Shown: positions 37,231 through 53,024, counted from the stretch's first letter. The stretch is 64,000 nucleotides of DNA from Octopus sinensis (GCF_006345805.1 NC_043000.1:44516001-44580000); one strand, 5' to 3'. Numbers and translations are program-made. The notes: generated by a model not told the origin, from the sequence alone.

Positions 37231-40200
37231 TAAATAGGCATATATTTCTGCTAACGTTTATTTATGTTCTAATTTATATCTTCATATGTGTATCATATTC
37301 TGTTGTCTATGTAACTACATATGTCTACGTGTATGTTAGTGTGTGTGAACTTGTGTACACGCACGTTTTGTGCGTACGCAAGTGTACATAGCTCCTTTGT
37401 CTGTCATTTCATTCGTGTGTTCGCATCAATCTACGTGCGTCTGACTGTGTCTGCGCTCTTTTTATAAATTTCTCAACTAAAAACAAAAAAAATGGTGAAA
37501 ACGATTTGATCTCATTTTAGATGATCAAAGGATAAAGAAATAGAGCAATGAAAATACGATAAAGAATAACAATAACAGACGATCTCAACGAACAAAGTAA
37601 TAATAATAAACTCCCAAATATTTCGAGATTGATGAATAAAATGTAACTAAAATATTTATTATTAGAACAAAAAATGTACAAACGTATAAGGAAATAAAAT
37701 ATAAAAAATATATCTGAATTGTCATAGAAAGGAAAAATGTTCAGAAATAAAATAAAATGCAAGAAACTGATTAGCAAAAATGGGTGAAAACCGCAATGAA
37801 ATGAAAGCAACTGAAATTATCTTGGAATATTTATGAGAAACATTACTATATCAGCATCAGAAATGGTTCGATTAAATTCCGTATATATAGCAAACATATT
37901 TAAGATTTCTGCAAACTATGAATAACTTTTCTTCGAATCTAAACAATAGCTCATGTGGCTGTGAACAAAAGTAGTCTATTTTTTGGTATTTTATTTGTAT
38001 CGAACCAACAAAATTAACGAAATTCATAGAATATCAAACAAAAACTTCTTTAGATTTTATACTCTATTACTTTGAATGTATTAGTTACTGACACATATAA
38101 CAGACACCCTTTCGCTGTATATGTATGCTTAATTGATTTTTGTGTGTTTTGGCAATCATACAAAATGCCAAAATGTAACACGACCTTCACTAATGAGTCT
38201 TGTCTGCGACATCTACATGCCTCTAATGTATGTCATAGATCCAGTAATTATTGTTAATGTTTTGAAGACGTGATTTATTCATCATCGAGTTATATTATGC
38301 CTCATCGCTTTTCAATGTAACATATTGCTGAGTATAAAGCGATATGATAGAAGTAATTCCATGCAGCTCAGGTTTCAAACATCTGTCATTCCTTTTGTCA
38401 AAAATTTGTTAGTAAATACTCAGTTTTATACTCAAGTCTCAACAAATCAAAATTTAACTGTTCAGATTAAGGGATTTTTTCCATGAATTTGCATTGAAGT
38501 TAATTAGTCACCTGTAAAGTTACTTGTAATCAGTTACAAACCAAGTAAGTAATATAGTTGTCTTTTGTTAAAAAAGTGCAGAATAATTAGATTTAGTGTT
38601 CGCTAAGAGAAAAGTGAAATATTCATGAGTGTTTAAAATGTACACGGAATATAGCATTTAGGTCTTGTTGGATCATTACATCCCTGATTATGAATCTATT
38701 TCTGGTCTGTGTAACAGAGAAGAACATCTGTTTCTGAATGTTTGGTTGTATTCAACAGCAAGCTGAGTAATATGTGCGGACCGTGAATGACGCTTGGTGA
38801 TTACCATTCACCATTTATTACTTTGGAAATTAAAGTTAGAAATGCAATAAGTTACAGTTTAATTTCTTTTAACTATTGACATTTTGCAGTAAAAGCTATA
38901 TTGAAGTTAAATATATTTAGTCTACTCATCGATCTGCAGAATTTGACTGTTTTATTGAAGAAGTCCTTTGAAGAATGTTTACTTCAGAGTAAAATTGGCT
39001 TCGTATTCTGAAAGTGGTTCCTATTTTACTAAAACGCACAGTATATTTCCAAATGTATTTCTCTTGATCAATTTTCAAAATCTCCTGTGAACGATTCATA
39101 TATTTTAGTGGATACATTCATGAGTTCAGTAAAGCAACTTGCAGATTTTAGGAGGGAATCTAGAGAGTCATTTTATAATTATGAAGTGCTTCACGTAATA
39201 ACTCGTTTCGTTTATTTTTCTGATATGATTGTCTTGTTAAATATTTATGCATCTAGATTATGGAGCCTACAATTAGAAGGTGTGTCTAGTCAACTATAAT
39301 TGCAATCAGGGAAATATCAGGAAATATCGTCCAACTATTTCCGTTTCTGAATTGCGTAATATCTTATATTATGTCTGAAGATTAGCATGCTCAAAAAATA
39401 AGCAATTGATTTCTCATTCCCCAATTATGCTACAATGATTTCTCTCGTGAATCACTCCTTTAGTCTAAACAATTTTTACAACGTTATTTGGTTTCTCATT
39501 TTAATGTTCTTTTCCGTCTCTGTCTCAATAAGTCTAATATTTTTATATCTTCGACAATGTATCACATGTTTTGCAAGGGAATCCTTTAGTCCCTAGAACG
39601 ATTAATTTGGGCTTACGGTTCTAAGAAATTTCATAGTAGAGTAATTACGTTACTTCAAACTTTTATTCGTAACAGTTAAATAATCAATTTTCCACACATG
39701 AGTTTCAGATCGTATTGCGTAAAGAAACTTGTGAGTTTGTTGTTTCCATTTTCCTGTATAGCATATGCCTTTCAATAATGTCATAATTTGAATGATAATA
39801 TCTTGCTTTGAAATCAATAATATATTGATATTAAAACAGTTTATTTACCCACATATGTACTTAAAGACTTTTGAAACGTAACGCTAGTTATTCTATCTGC
39901 ACCATTCATTTCACAAGAAAGCTTCCCGTTTATTATACGCCCAAGATCATTCAGGAATATAACGGCGCAAGATTCAATACATTTAAGTAATGTAATTTTC
40001 TTTTTAGTTTACAGAGAGGTATGAGCAGATTAAGTTAATCGACATATCTTTTTTGTTTTCTCTTTTGCGAAAGGAGACGAATATAGCCAATAGAACCGTG
40101 AAAGCAAATACATAAGAAAATAACCTCACATTTTCAAATACGATCATACTTAAGCATCATCTTTCATAAATTTATATTCGTTAAAGTTGCTGACATATGT

Positions 40201-40619
40201 TATGTGTTACAAACTGTATAGATGACAATGTGCTTAGTTCTGAAAGTATAATCAATTATTTGGTCAACAGTTATATAATACGATAAACTAACGTGTTTTG
40301 GGTATAATCTTTAAATGATAAAATATCTAAAATATTTTGTGTTGGATTTTAGTCATAAGTAAAAGACGTCACTGAATCTAATTACTCATGTAGTCATTCT
40401 GAATGATGATTTAAATGTTAGGCCCCTTCTCACCAACTATTCACAAGCACAAATGTTTTAATGTATCTGATTACTATTTAACTGAAATTCGGAGGAGAGA
40501 ATGGAGACTAAATTTAGCCTCCATAAAGTTTGACGTCAAATCATAAACTACCCCTACGCAAATGCGTATTTAATTTTGCCTGTCTATCAATCTAAAGGTG
40601 AAGTAAAATTGGTTGAACA

Positions 40620-40817
40620 TTTTGGCACACGACCAGCAACTTAGAGGAGGGCTAGTCGACTAAATCGATCGTAGTGTTCAACTGGTATTTATATTATCGA
40701 CTCCAAATGAGTTGAAGGTAAAGCCGATCAAGGTGGCATTTGAAGTCAGAACGTAAAGGTAGATGAAGCACCACTAAAGATTTTGCCCGACATGCTAACG
40801 ATTCTGCCAGCTCACCG
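40620..40817 (-). mobile_element. SINE family A, degraded
   Basis: ggcatttgaagtcagaacg...catgctaacgattctgccagctcaccgc. Confidence 0.75.
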
Positions 40818-43800
40818 CGCTATATACATGAAAAAATATGAAGGGTGAAGCAGCTGCTTATAGGAACCGCCACTATCATATACATTTTCACCTCGGGTAA
40901 GAAATAATGCAAATTTAACCCCTGTTATTTGAACTACTAACTGAAGGAATCGGTCAATATGAAAGACTCTTACCAATAAGGAGGACTCACTCGTTTCGCT
41001 AAAATTATCGAAAACATTTTCCAAACTTACACCCCGCAGTTTTATAAGTAAGAGAGAATTAATTACACAATATAAACCTGCATATCTATTTTCTGATTAA
41101 GAGGCGAAACAGTAAAAGCAGGTTACCGCTACATGCTTGACATGGTCTAAACGAAAACATCGCAAAAGCGTTATAGTCCATTTTGAAAGACTACGTTTCA
41201 AAATGGTGTGCATATGTTCATCTTACCGGAGCTTAATGTGACTCCTGTCATCCGATAGAATGCAATTTCAGTACAGTTTCAATAATGAGTTGTTAAAATA
41301 TTGTGTTGTTTCAAATGAGTCATTTAACGGATAATATTTAATTAATTCAAACTCTTTCCTTTCCTCTATATTAAATAGTGAATATTTTAATGTTTTCCAG
41401 TTTAAAAAAAACAGCACAATGCCATAAATTCGATTTGATGAAATTCTTCTTATCGATATTTGGATTTACTTTCTATACATGCGGACTTACTTTGGATGTT
41501 AATTCTATTTGAATTATTAGGATCTGGTTGTTTGATATAATAAACCACGTTCCCTTAACATACGCACACAGGCACTCTCTTAGGCGTGCACGCACACGCC
41601 TACGCGCGCACACAAACACACATATATACCTAATTTCTAATCAATGCTGTTCTTGTAATTACCTGTGTTTCCAACAAGCTTAATTACACTGAGTAAGATT
41701 TAAAGAATACACGGAAATGAATTAGCAGTAGATAAAATGTTTCATTTCTTTCACATTTTCCCAAATGTAAAAGTTCCGGATAGTGGTGTAAGTCATTTTA
41801 ACATTTGCTTAGTACGTTAACTGCGTTTCATTGAATTATAAAGTCAACAGAACTTTTTTACTATGAAAATAACTCAACACATCCTTTTGTGTGTAATAGC
41901 TTGATAGCGTTGAATTCATTGCGTGCATCTTAGTATCAATTCTTTGAATAATTTAACGGCTCTCCGCTTATACAAATGACGTGAGCTTAAGATAGTTTCA
42001 TCATGATGCGTGTGTGATTCGGAGTAAAGTATGGGAAAAATGTAATACAAAATAAACTCGCTATTTATATGATTCTTACGTCTCTGTCAGCGTCTTTATC
42101 ACACTACGAAATATATGAGTATAATTTTTGTAGTTTTTAAAACTTATCAAAGATTCAGTACGTTGCTGCTCTATTGTCAACATTGAAACTGCTTTTGCCG
42201 TAGTTTGGTTATGTGGAGAAATGTATTTGGTGAAAAGATTACTCGACCAGAGGTGGATTATGATCTTATGCTTTCCTATTGTGATCTTACCACCTTTATT
42301 AAGCTATTTTTCTCTCTACGACTCAATTATAAATTCAATTCGGGTTTTTATTTGTAAGACACTGATACATCGTTTATGAGATGTCCGATTATTACCACTA
42401 AAACATTGAGAGATCTATTAAAAAGTTCGTACTTTGTACAATTCTGATTATAATTGTTCTTCAGGGAAATAAACTTTCGTTTTTCATCATAGATTGAACA
42501 TTTCTGCTGAGAAAGATAATTTTTACTAGCAGACTTAATTCTTTCCTTTAAATAGTCATTGTTCATGTTAAGTTTTTAACACAAAAGCTATATTATCATA
42601 CATTCAATCGGATGCTCATGCAATTAAATGTTTATATGCGGCTTTGTTATAAACTTGGTCTGAGATATTGTTATATAGCAGCTAACAATAGTGAAACCTT
42701 GTGCCTTTACTCTGAATTTGTGTGCCATTTGTGTGATTATCTTTAAGCAATTGTCTTTCTTTCATTGAACTAACAATTCGAAGTGTCCGTAAAAAGTCTA
42801 GATGAAAATGCAATGTATTGTTAATGACATCTAACACATTTCTATATAAGCATGGAAGAGGCTTTCAATTCACACGATTTATTCAGAATACATATTCATT
42901 GGAATGTTTTAAATAACCATTTAAAAGCCTTTCAATCGTCAACAGGAGTTTATTGAGTGTTCGCTTAATTTCCACTTCGAAACCACACTGAATTTCAACA
43001 ACTTAGACATACATGTTGACGCACGAAAATAGAAGGACCTGTTTTGCGAAAGCAATATAAAGAATAAATTTTAGCCACTGAGTTGTAATATTTTTCATTT
43101 AATCAAGCATGATATGGGAAAAGTGTAGAAATGTTTAAAGGAATAAGTAAGATACTACTGATTTCAGGAACAAATATTCGTTGGATGGGGTGGTGGACAA
43201 AGCTGACACTGATAACTCTTCTGAAATATACTGAGTAGTCGCTAATAATGGTTATCTAGGAACCTGTGGTGACACAAACGTCCTACTTATACTGTCTGCA
43301 ACATGAACTCTTTCAAGTGTGCATATTTTTCACATCTGTCTGGATCTAAAGATCAAATTGTATGTAATCATTTTTCTCTTGAGTATTGTGTATTTTTAAC
43401 ACAATGTTTTTTTTTCCGCATGAAACACTCCATTACATTGACCAGATAATTTTAATCTCTATTAAACAAACAGTGTGTCCATAAATTAGGTGTTTTTGCC
43501 TGGATTTTATTTCTCTACTCGTGAAATTCTCAGTAACATATTCCAACTCCTAATTTCATAAATATTATATAAATGCATATGATTATGTTTTTAAAGTGTA
43601 ATTTTAATGATGCCTTATTAACCTTTGATCTTACACCTATTTTCGCGTCAGTCTCGCCTCGTTTTCGAACTATATCGTTTTTTGCTATGCAATATCCTTT
43701 ATCATCTTGTCTCTACCTCTTGTATTTAAAGGTTCACTACGAATTAATACAACTTATCTACACATTTTCTTGATTGTAAATCATTCGGTGTTTCAATATT

Positions 43801-44984
43801 CTGCCCATACTGTAGCTTCATGTCCAGTGAAGAAATGCATGCTCTAAATCTTTCGTTCATACATCCTACAGTGTTGATTACCTACACAATCAAAAGTTTC
43901 AATAAACTATTTTTTATATATTATATTAACGATAAATTTATAAAATTATATATACTATCATATAAAACACAGAATTCCAATCTCTATTTTATTAAACAGC
44001 TAAGGTTTGCATTGTCACATACGCATAAGAGATAACAGTATTTTTAAACCTCATTACGTGCCTGTTAACATGATACAACCTTAAAATATGTAAGCATGTT
44101 TATTTGGTGAATCAATTGATACGCTCCAGTCAAACGATTCATGAATCTAAAATTCTTTCAAGAACTCATTGATGTCATTTTGATATTTGAATTGGTCATA
44201 TACTGTAAACCGTGTTGTTACATTAATATTATTCGTTTTATAGCGACTTTGTTGCACAATAAATAGATTTCCTCACATGAGGTAAGGTGCCTTCATTGAG
44301 CCGAGAAACTTAGCCTTCCATTGCAAGAATACAGCGCTTATGAGTAAATAAAAATTAGTTCTAAAATTCTTTTTTTTTTTTAGTTTTCATTGGTGATCAT
44401 TTTATCATCTATGGTGTCTAGCCCATCATTTAGAGCAAAGGCAATGAAAATTGACTTAGCACGATAGAAACGCACTGAATAAAGATTTGGGTTTTTAGAG
44501 AAATCCGACGCGTAACTTGTGTTAATATTGCAAAAATAAAAGTTAATATCCATCTCCTTGTTCTCTCTATAACACGGTTATGCCAAAGCTATGATCCATC
44601 TTTATGATTTGTCAGAATATTTAATCCACTTGAACAGCAAACTCGATACGACGGAGCTTTGCTATATAAATTCATCAACACGAAGAGAATATCGAATATA
44701 CATTTATCTGATTGATTAAAAAGAATTTTGCTGAAATAATTACTACAAAATAATAGAAAATGTCTGGATGACATTCAATTTGCGTCGAGTGCTTCCTAAA
44801 TGTTAATCATCTGTGTAAATGCTTTTAAATAATGCAATAGTTATAGCTGGCTCCTGAAACAGAACATTTAAAATCAACTTAATGAATAATGAGTCGTTGC
44901 CTATTCAAAATCATTATCTATTGACAAATGATGAAAATAATTCATTTCACATACAAAACTACATAGTATATATTTTTTTCATTT

Positions 44985-45155
44985 GAGGTAACGAGATCGT
45001 AGAATCGTTACCGCGTCTGGCAAAATGCTTGCCAAGCAGTATTTTGCCAGTCCTTACGTCTGAGTTCAAATTCTACCGAGATCAAACATTACCTGTTATT
45101 TTCTCGTGTTCGATAAAATAAGTACCAGTTGAGTACTGGGTCGAAGTAGCCGCTG
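44985..45155 (+). mobile_element. SINE family A, degraded
   Basis: gtagaatcgtta...gagttcaaattctaccgag...gataaaataagtaccagttgagtactgggtcga. Confidence 0.7.
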
Positions 45156-46589
45156 GCTTTGTGCCAACATTTGAAACAAATATACTTTGTGCGTTTCTAA
45201 GTTTAAATTGCAAAGCAGAATTCTTTGGCAATTTATTACTTGTTGTTGTGATGTAACAATTACTTGATTAGAATTATGGAAGCCTAATTCATAATGCATC
45301 TCATTTTCTTGCATATGCGTTTGAATATGTAACAGTATAATTTTGAAATAATGCACATTTCTCTGTAAACGAACGACGTGATTTCATTGTAGATAAAATA
45401 ACTAATTCTTTATAATGGAAATTAGGTTGTAAATAAACTCTCATTTGGTCACTTACCATATTATGTATATTGACAATTTACTAAATATATCTAACTAACC
45501 GTAATAAATATTGAGTAGGAAATAAACTTTGAAAATATTTAAAATATAAACAACAAAAGATATACAACGGGGAAGTACAAATATGTTGAGAATATTATTA
45601 CAATTAATGAACAGTTTTTAGTCTGAAATTCCCTGCCGTCAACTTCTCCTTATAATTTAATTTAAATAATTAGCAAATGAATACTTTTAAATATTCTTAA
45701 ATTTAATTTTCCCCAACTAATTTCGAATAAAAACAAATTTAGACAAAATCTACAGTGTAAAGATCATTTAAACTCGATAAAAGAGCAATTATCAAAACTA
45801 TTTAGTTTCATAAGAAAATAAAGGAAGTAAGCGAAAGGAAAATATAATTAATTTCTGAAGTAATAATTTTAAATATAAAATGAAATAATAGAAAAAGTAA
45901 TTCTGGTCAATAAATACCATATTTTACTCTTTAGAGTTGAATTTGAAAATCGACAGATGAAATTAATTTTCAATGGAATTTTATAACACAATTCAATTAA
46001 GCAATTATGAAGTTCTATATAGTTAAATGAATGATCTATTACATTATTTTTAATGATAGAATAATTACGGTTTTCTTTCTGTTCAACTAAATTCTATTCC
46101 GTTGTCCATATTCTTGTTTATCTCTCTGTATTCCTTAAACGAAAGTGATCCTTGAATGAACAACACTGGTATGGTATATTTTCTATTTTCTGAAAGCTTT
46201 CCAATCTCACCCGTTCATACATGCATAAGTAATACATTAACAGACAAGAAAACAAAAACTAAATAATTACTGTTAATACATGGAACGCAACAAATATTAG
46301 ATATATTTCATTGTAACCAATTTTGCGATTGTTACATTCATTAAAAAATATCGTGTTTCATAATCACCATCTATTTTGTGGTATGGAACGAAGAACCTGA
46401 GATTTAAATGGAGAAAATAGGTTTATGGTTTGGTTCAGACAATCTCAGATCTTTCTTGAAAGAAGAAACATTATTTGTTGTAAATTAATATTTGATATAC
46501 CGCGTAGGAATATGTTCATTAATGTGTAATGCGGAATTTTTTAAATTACTGAATTTTTAATCAAACACAAAGCATATAATCGTGCTTAA

Positions 46590-49500
46590 CCGCTGCGGCC
46601 ATGCTGGGACACCACCGTTTAGCTTTGCTACACATCCACTACATCTGATCTGTTGCATTTGGGGATGAGGCAGTTTGAATTCACTGTCCTCATCTGCGCT
46701 TTCACCTGCGAGGTAGATTCATACGGAACTCTTGACAGGAAAAGATCCAGCTGCGCTTTCAAGACATCTACTTTCATCCCATGTACTTCTCTCAAGATAT
46801 TGCAGAGTTGTGGGCCTTTGAGCCGAAACTGTTGCAGTATCGCAGTATCTGTTCTTGTATCCTGTTAGGAATGTTAGGATTTTTGGCACTATGTAACTTT
46901 CATTACCAAAATTTGATACGAGCTCTTTTACGATTTTCCAGATATATCACTGCATATATTTTCAGGCTTCCTGCTAAGGAAAAGATTCTTAATTATTTCA
47001 GTCTCTCCCAGTAGCTGACTTGTTGCATTGAGATAATCTTCGTGTAGCTTCGTTGGATTGCTTCGAATTCCGCCATTAATCTTATAGTATGGTGACCAAA
47101 GCAGGCAGTAGTCCTCTAAACGGCTGAGGGCTCATTTCCACCAGAGGACAATCATGGTTTCTTTTTCTCTCGTTCTGAGAGTTCTAAGGACCAGACCAGC
47201 AATCTATATTTTATTTCCAACTCAGATATACCTGGAAAGATGCGTTATTACTCATTTCAATACCAAGATCATACACTGATTTCAAGGGTTACTGTAAGAC
47301 CTGGACCCAATATATCCGGTCTGTATTTCCTTCAGCGTCGTGTTATGATAGTGAAGGGATTAGACTTTTCCAGCATTATACTGCATTGTGTTGTCCTTAG
47401 CCCACCTGTATATTACGTCCAACATATTTTCCAGATGCACAACATCTCCAGGGATCTGTATCTTCTCAAGGACTTTTGTATCTTCTGCATAGCTAGCAAG
47501 CTTGATTATCTGAAAAGCTGAGAGCAAATCTTTGAAAGACATTATGAATAGCAGTGACCACAAAACAATACACTATGAGACACCATTAGTTATTTGCATT
47601 TCCTTGGGTGTAGTCCCGTTGGCTACTACTATCTGATTTCTATCTTTTAAGAAGTCATGTATCTTCAAATCAAGTTTTCCAAACTATGGTGAGATTAGAG
47701 AGCGTCCGACATATACCGTGGTCAATTTATCATAGGCTTTATGAAAGTCGACATATATCACGTCAACATTTGAGTTATTGAGTATCTGTTTAACATCCAA
47801 TTGTAGCACCGTAAGCGCTGTGTCAGACAGCTAATTCCACTCGAAGAATACACTGCGTTTCTGGTAACAAATTATTCTATTCAAAGAAGGGAATTAGTTT
47901 CGTTTGGGCTATTCGATCTATAAATTTGCTTATGTTTGAAGTCGGAGCGATAGGTCTATAATTTTAGACGTCTACTCTACTTCGTGCTTCCTGCATAGTG
48001 AATACTATTCCCTATTTCAATTTGTATGGGAACTTACCACTTTCAAGGAAACTCGGACAAAATAGCTGCATTGGTTTTGCAAAAGATCCTTTTCATGATT
48101 TGAGAAAGGTTTGTGAGAATCCATCAGGAATAGCAGCTGAGTTCGCATCTACCTCATCTTTCGTCAGTATAACTTCTTCCTTGATAATGATGCTATCAAT
48201 TGTTATTGTCCCCATTATTATATCTGTAGTGGTTAAGAATTCTGCAGTATTGCTGAGATACATGTGTCGTAAATGTGATGTGAAAACACATCTGAATTAT
48301 TTATTCAGTGTTTCATTTAACCTTATTGCGTTTCCCGTGACAGAACCACCTATTTGGAGGAGTGACCTTAGCCTACAACGCACAAAGTCAGTTATTTTTG
48401 GCTTACTCGAAGAAGACTTTAATTTTCTATACTCAAGATTCTTTCTTTGCACTTTCATTCTCATGGAAAAGTTTCAGATTTTTCCCCGTCTCTAGCAATG
48501 CTGTTTTCAGGTGAGGTATTTCACTGCCATTTAATTCTTGCAGACTTTGTATGCCGTCTCTTAAGACTTACTTCTCCCTGATAATTTTGCTCTCATGTAC
48601 TGTGGATTTTATCGCAGTCACGCTCTTGTATCATATGTTATGCCTTAGAGATATAATTCGTTGAATTTCATGCCAATGTCAGGTGTAGAGAGACATTGGG
48701 GCCTATCTTGTTTGATGACCTCTTTCTGAACCGATTTCCAGTCAACTTTAAGGAAATTCAGATTGAATAGATCTTGGGTGCTTCTCATAGCATGTCTGCA
48801 GGTTACTTTGGTACATACATGGTCATCTTTATTATACTGTTATCCGATACTAATGGCGTTGTTCCCTTTACATAATGGATGAAATCTATATTGTTTGTGT
48901 AGTAGAGATCAAGTATATTATTTGGCCTTGATGGTTGTAGTATTTCTTAATCACTTGATGTATAACGTGTTGGTGATGCTAAGGAGGAATGCCACCTATC
49001 TTTTATCACACCGTGTCATTGCTTACAGTAAAAGGCCCCCAGGCCAGTCTATGTTGGTTTATTTGAAATTTCCCTTGTGAAGTACACTGTTACGATATTC
49101 AAATTTGGTTACAACTTGTATATTTGCAAGGCAGTCTCCAAGTAGGGTCACATGATTTGGAGCATTCGGTGGGCGATAGATAGATGCATAGTACCATAGG
49201 ATGATATCACGTTGTTTTATTGGTACAATTAGTGTGCCACACACCAAATTTGAGTATAACAGGAGGACAATGGGCGTGAGGTTTTCATGGGTGTATATTG
49301 CAGTTCCATCAGGACTTCTGTCCATTCAATCGCTTTGAAATATAACAAATTTTGGTGGATGTAGTTCTCCGTCTGCAATGTCCGGTTTTTGTGCGATGTC
49401 AGGGTTTCATAGAGTGCTATGCATAAGGCTTGATTCCATGCAGCAAAGTCTCACCGGAAGAAATTTTGGTTCTGCTATTAAGCTGTGACAGTTCTCTATT

Positions 49501-49790
49501 GTTTGGTAAGATTATTGATAAAACATCTGTGGTGATGCCAGTGTTGGCCACGTTGGATCCATTCGATCTGGTGGTATTCTATGTTGGTGGTGATTGCTCC
49601 GAACTTGGAGGCACTCTTTTGTGCTATGCAAAATAAGATGTTCCTGTGTGGCAAGAGTTATGAGAGTATGTGGATAGGCCCTAGGTGCTGGGAGCAGTAC
49701 ACAGTACATCAGCATTTTGATGCAGGAGATATACAACTCTTTCTCTTCGGGGTCTTTATTCTTTGGTCCCTTTGCAAATGTGGTATGTTT
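46590..49790 (-). mobile_element. CR1-like LINE, near full-length ORF2 (APE plus RT), heavily decayed
   Basis: APE-like DGTAIYTHENL and IYRPPNAPNH; RT-like ASYAEDTKV and YRWAKDNTMQYNAGK; collinear with 55683-58895. Confidence 0.85.
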
Positions 49791-49842
49791 TTATCTGTGG
49801 GAACGGCAGTTTGAACCGTCATTCGCCCGTATATATATGTAT

Positions 49843-49901
<59 letters not shown>

Positions 49902-50766
49902 GCATACATGTACAAACATGCCTTAAAATTTCTCTTGATAGTTTTTAAAACACTTCTCTTGCTATTGAGCAGCTCAAGGTTATCATATACTTATTTTATT
50001 ACGTTCTAGAGATCTATGAAACGAGATAATTTGTGTCAATGTAGCCATGCCATATCAAAATATAAAATTAGTGATCTGCCAAAAGTATCAATCGGGGTAG
50101 ACATTTGTGTGAGAATACTGTTTTAAGAACTTTCTTAGAATTGGTTGACATATTTGAATTAAATAGTGTAAGGCAACAGCAGACAAGCCTAGTATATTAT
50201 GTGCACAGATATTTTTCATAGAAGACGAAACACAAGTCGTTATAAAATTTATATGTGAAATACCTCAAATTTTAGAGGAACTGTTAATAAATCGTTAAGG
50301 CATTGATTGTATTAAATCGTCTGTCATGGTAAACTGTATTCCCTTTGTAAATTATCTCTATACAACTATATAAAATATTTACTTGAATATTCTGAGATAT
50401 GTTTTTGGTTATCAAACCATGTTAGTGAAATCAGGTTGGCCTAAAAGCAATGAAAATCAATTGCAAACACAGTCACCATAATAAAAATATCCAGCTTTAT
50501 CATACAGTCGCAATTAATCCATATGAGAATAATTGAAGAATATGTACGTCTGAGCAATACTCAGTAACTACGAACACTAAATTTTCCTTAATGTCGTTAA
50601 ATGAATAACTGGAATCACGTCTGTCGAACATTAAACATCACTGACAATGAAAGTATTCATAACTTAGTCAAGACTCGTAGTGAAATCATTTTTCGATTTA
50701 AGTTCGTAAAACTTTACAGAATAGAAAATATCATTTAGCTATGCAAAAAGGCGCGTGCACTCCCCC

Positions 50767-50801
<35 letters not shown>

Positions 50802-50865
50802 GGTCCCGGTTGATCCGGGGTTAACCACAGTAAGTAAGGTACTCAATACATAGCAGAGTAAAATT

Positions 50866-50998
50866 AATTTATTATATATGAGGAGCTTCTACAGGACTAG
50901 TACTGTTTCATTCAAGAGAAATCTTCAGGAGCTTCCTGAAGATTTCTCTTGAATGAAACAGTACTAGTCCTGTAGAAGCTCCTTCTATATAATAAATT
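50866..50998. repeat. Palindrome with 50-bp perfect arms and 3-nt loop, carrying a hammerhead core on both strands
   Basis: 50881-50930 is the reverse complement of 50934-50983; arm reads CTGAAGA-tttctcttgaat-GAAAC-agtacta-GTC. Confidence 0.9.
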
Positions 50999-51006
50999 AT
51001 ATATAT

Positions 51007-51049
<43 letters not shown>

Positions 51050-51417
51050 CGGAGATGTACTCGCATAGCAAGTAATTTGATCTGAGATCGTGTGCTGAAA
51101 CGAAAACAATTGCAGTGTGGAAGGTGTTTATAAGCCATTTAAGAAACACACAAAAGCCGTTCGATTCACTTCAACATTTAAGTTTAATTTGTCAAAATAT
51201 TTTCGTCGCTAAAATCCGCGACCTGTTCACTGACAAAAATCCGTGCTGCATCTGAGAAAGTAACAGTTAGTTCGTCATATATATGTACGTATGTATGTGT
51301 GTATGTATGCATACATGTGTGTATGTATGTACGTATGCATGTACGTACATACGCCTGTGTATGCATGTATGTATGTATGTATGTATGTATGTATATATGT
51401 ATGTGTGTGTATATGCA

Positions 51418-51455
<38 letters not shown>

Positions 51456-53024
51456 TGTATATATATTGGCGATATTTTATGTCTTCTTTTTGCGCGAATT
51501 GCTTCATGTATTCGATTCGTTAAGCCAGCGGCGAAGGAGATCATAAAGATTATAGCTTTGGGTAAAAAAACTTATGAGACATGGAGGACTAGAAGACATC
51601 TGTATACAGGAATAAAAAGAAAATACCTGTATCATGATAATCCACGCCTGTTATCAAAATGAAAACATCGTGGTTGCTAATGAATGTTCTGTCAAACCTG
51701 AAAAGAAGATATCACATGGACATTAAGGAAACCAAGTTCACTTAAAATGTGTTGGTCTTTGAGTACGTCACCATTGAGCATGACGTCATGCTAACTGCAT
51801 ATTTGTATAAAATCTTAGGCTACATTCAGGTGGGTATGTGAAGCTGCTGGAGATTGTGGTAAAACCCTGGCTGGGGAGTGTTGCTATTGGAAGGCCATAT
51901 ACGTGGCATCTGTATTCAGCTCTTAGCGTAATTCCGGAAAGAGTCAGAAGTTGTAGACGAAGAATTTCTATGAAATCACAAGCCCCAGTTTTTGGTGTTC
52001 TAACTCTCTCACTTGTATACTAATGGATAACAGTGTGTGCTTTGTGGTTCAGAAGGACAGCAACTGCTATGTCTGCAACATCAAGGCCGAACAGTTGGCC
52101 ATGGTCTGAAGTGTGTTTGAAGATCTTACTAGCGTACTAGGGACTAAGTGAAGAACGCATACACCAGACTCTGGAGACATCTCCGTGATGGAGGCTGAGT
52201 GCAGCTACTTTGAGTAAAGTGTTATTTCCCAGGCATAATATAGTTGATGCTTCTAGATTTTTTTAAATACTTTTCTCCTAGAATATATTATCCTGTTTTA
52301 TTTTCCTTTTACCCAAACCGTCAGATTTACTAAACAACGCTCAGAACTTTACGGACAACGAAATACATAATTAAACATAAATTTTAACACTTATAAAACA
52401 AGAGATAAATATGCAGTTAAAATATACAAGTAAACCCGCTGAATGCATATTCGTCGTATAATATGAGATATCAAAATTGCTTTACACCATTGCTTTTCTG
52501 CTAATAGACATACCTTCAGTGCTACGTACAGTAGAATTGTAATTAAATAAAAAAGAAAGTTTGCAATCCATATACTTACTAAGAGCGTTACACCAATGTG
52601 ACGAAACGCCATGTCGAAAATGCATCGCAGTCTTACGGAGTAAGCGATTGCAAAGATATAAATCTTACCACTTTTGTATGAAATCTACACAACATTGCAG
52701 AGATATCTCATGAATGGGAACAAAATTCAAGCTAAGTAGCACTACAGCTTACGTTGTAGAGAAACGATACCAATTAAGATAAATCTTTTTAACTAATCAC
52801 CGAGTGTTTTACTCTCAAATTCAAAACTCTAGTGATATGTACTGATGTCAACATAAATATTCCAAGTAAGGGGGAATAACGTTTTGGCGTTTATTTAATC
52901 AAAGCGTATCTAATTATTACCACCCTTGATTTCTAAGAAGCTCATTTTAACAAAGTGCTTAACTCGAGAATGTCATGAAAGTTCAAAGATCAGTAGACAA
53001 TAAATTAGTGTAATCTTTCTTTTA

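Noticed and set aside
38660-43310. Short protein-like plus-strand frames (e.g. LKNVYFRVKLASYSESG, LCVTNCIDD, EFIECSLNFHF, SEIY*VVANNG)
   Set aside because: Each is under about 50 codons or broken by stops; resemblance to FN3 or REJ motifs is only impressionistic in AT-rich DNA.
47998-48495. 165-aa plus-strand ORF, and similar ones at 57452-57969 and 32008-32563
   Set aside because: Antisense shadow frames of minus-strand LINE ORF2.
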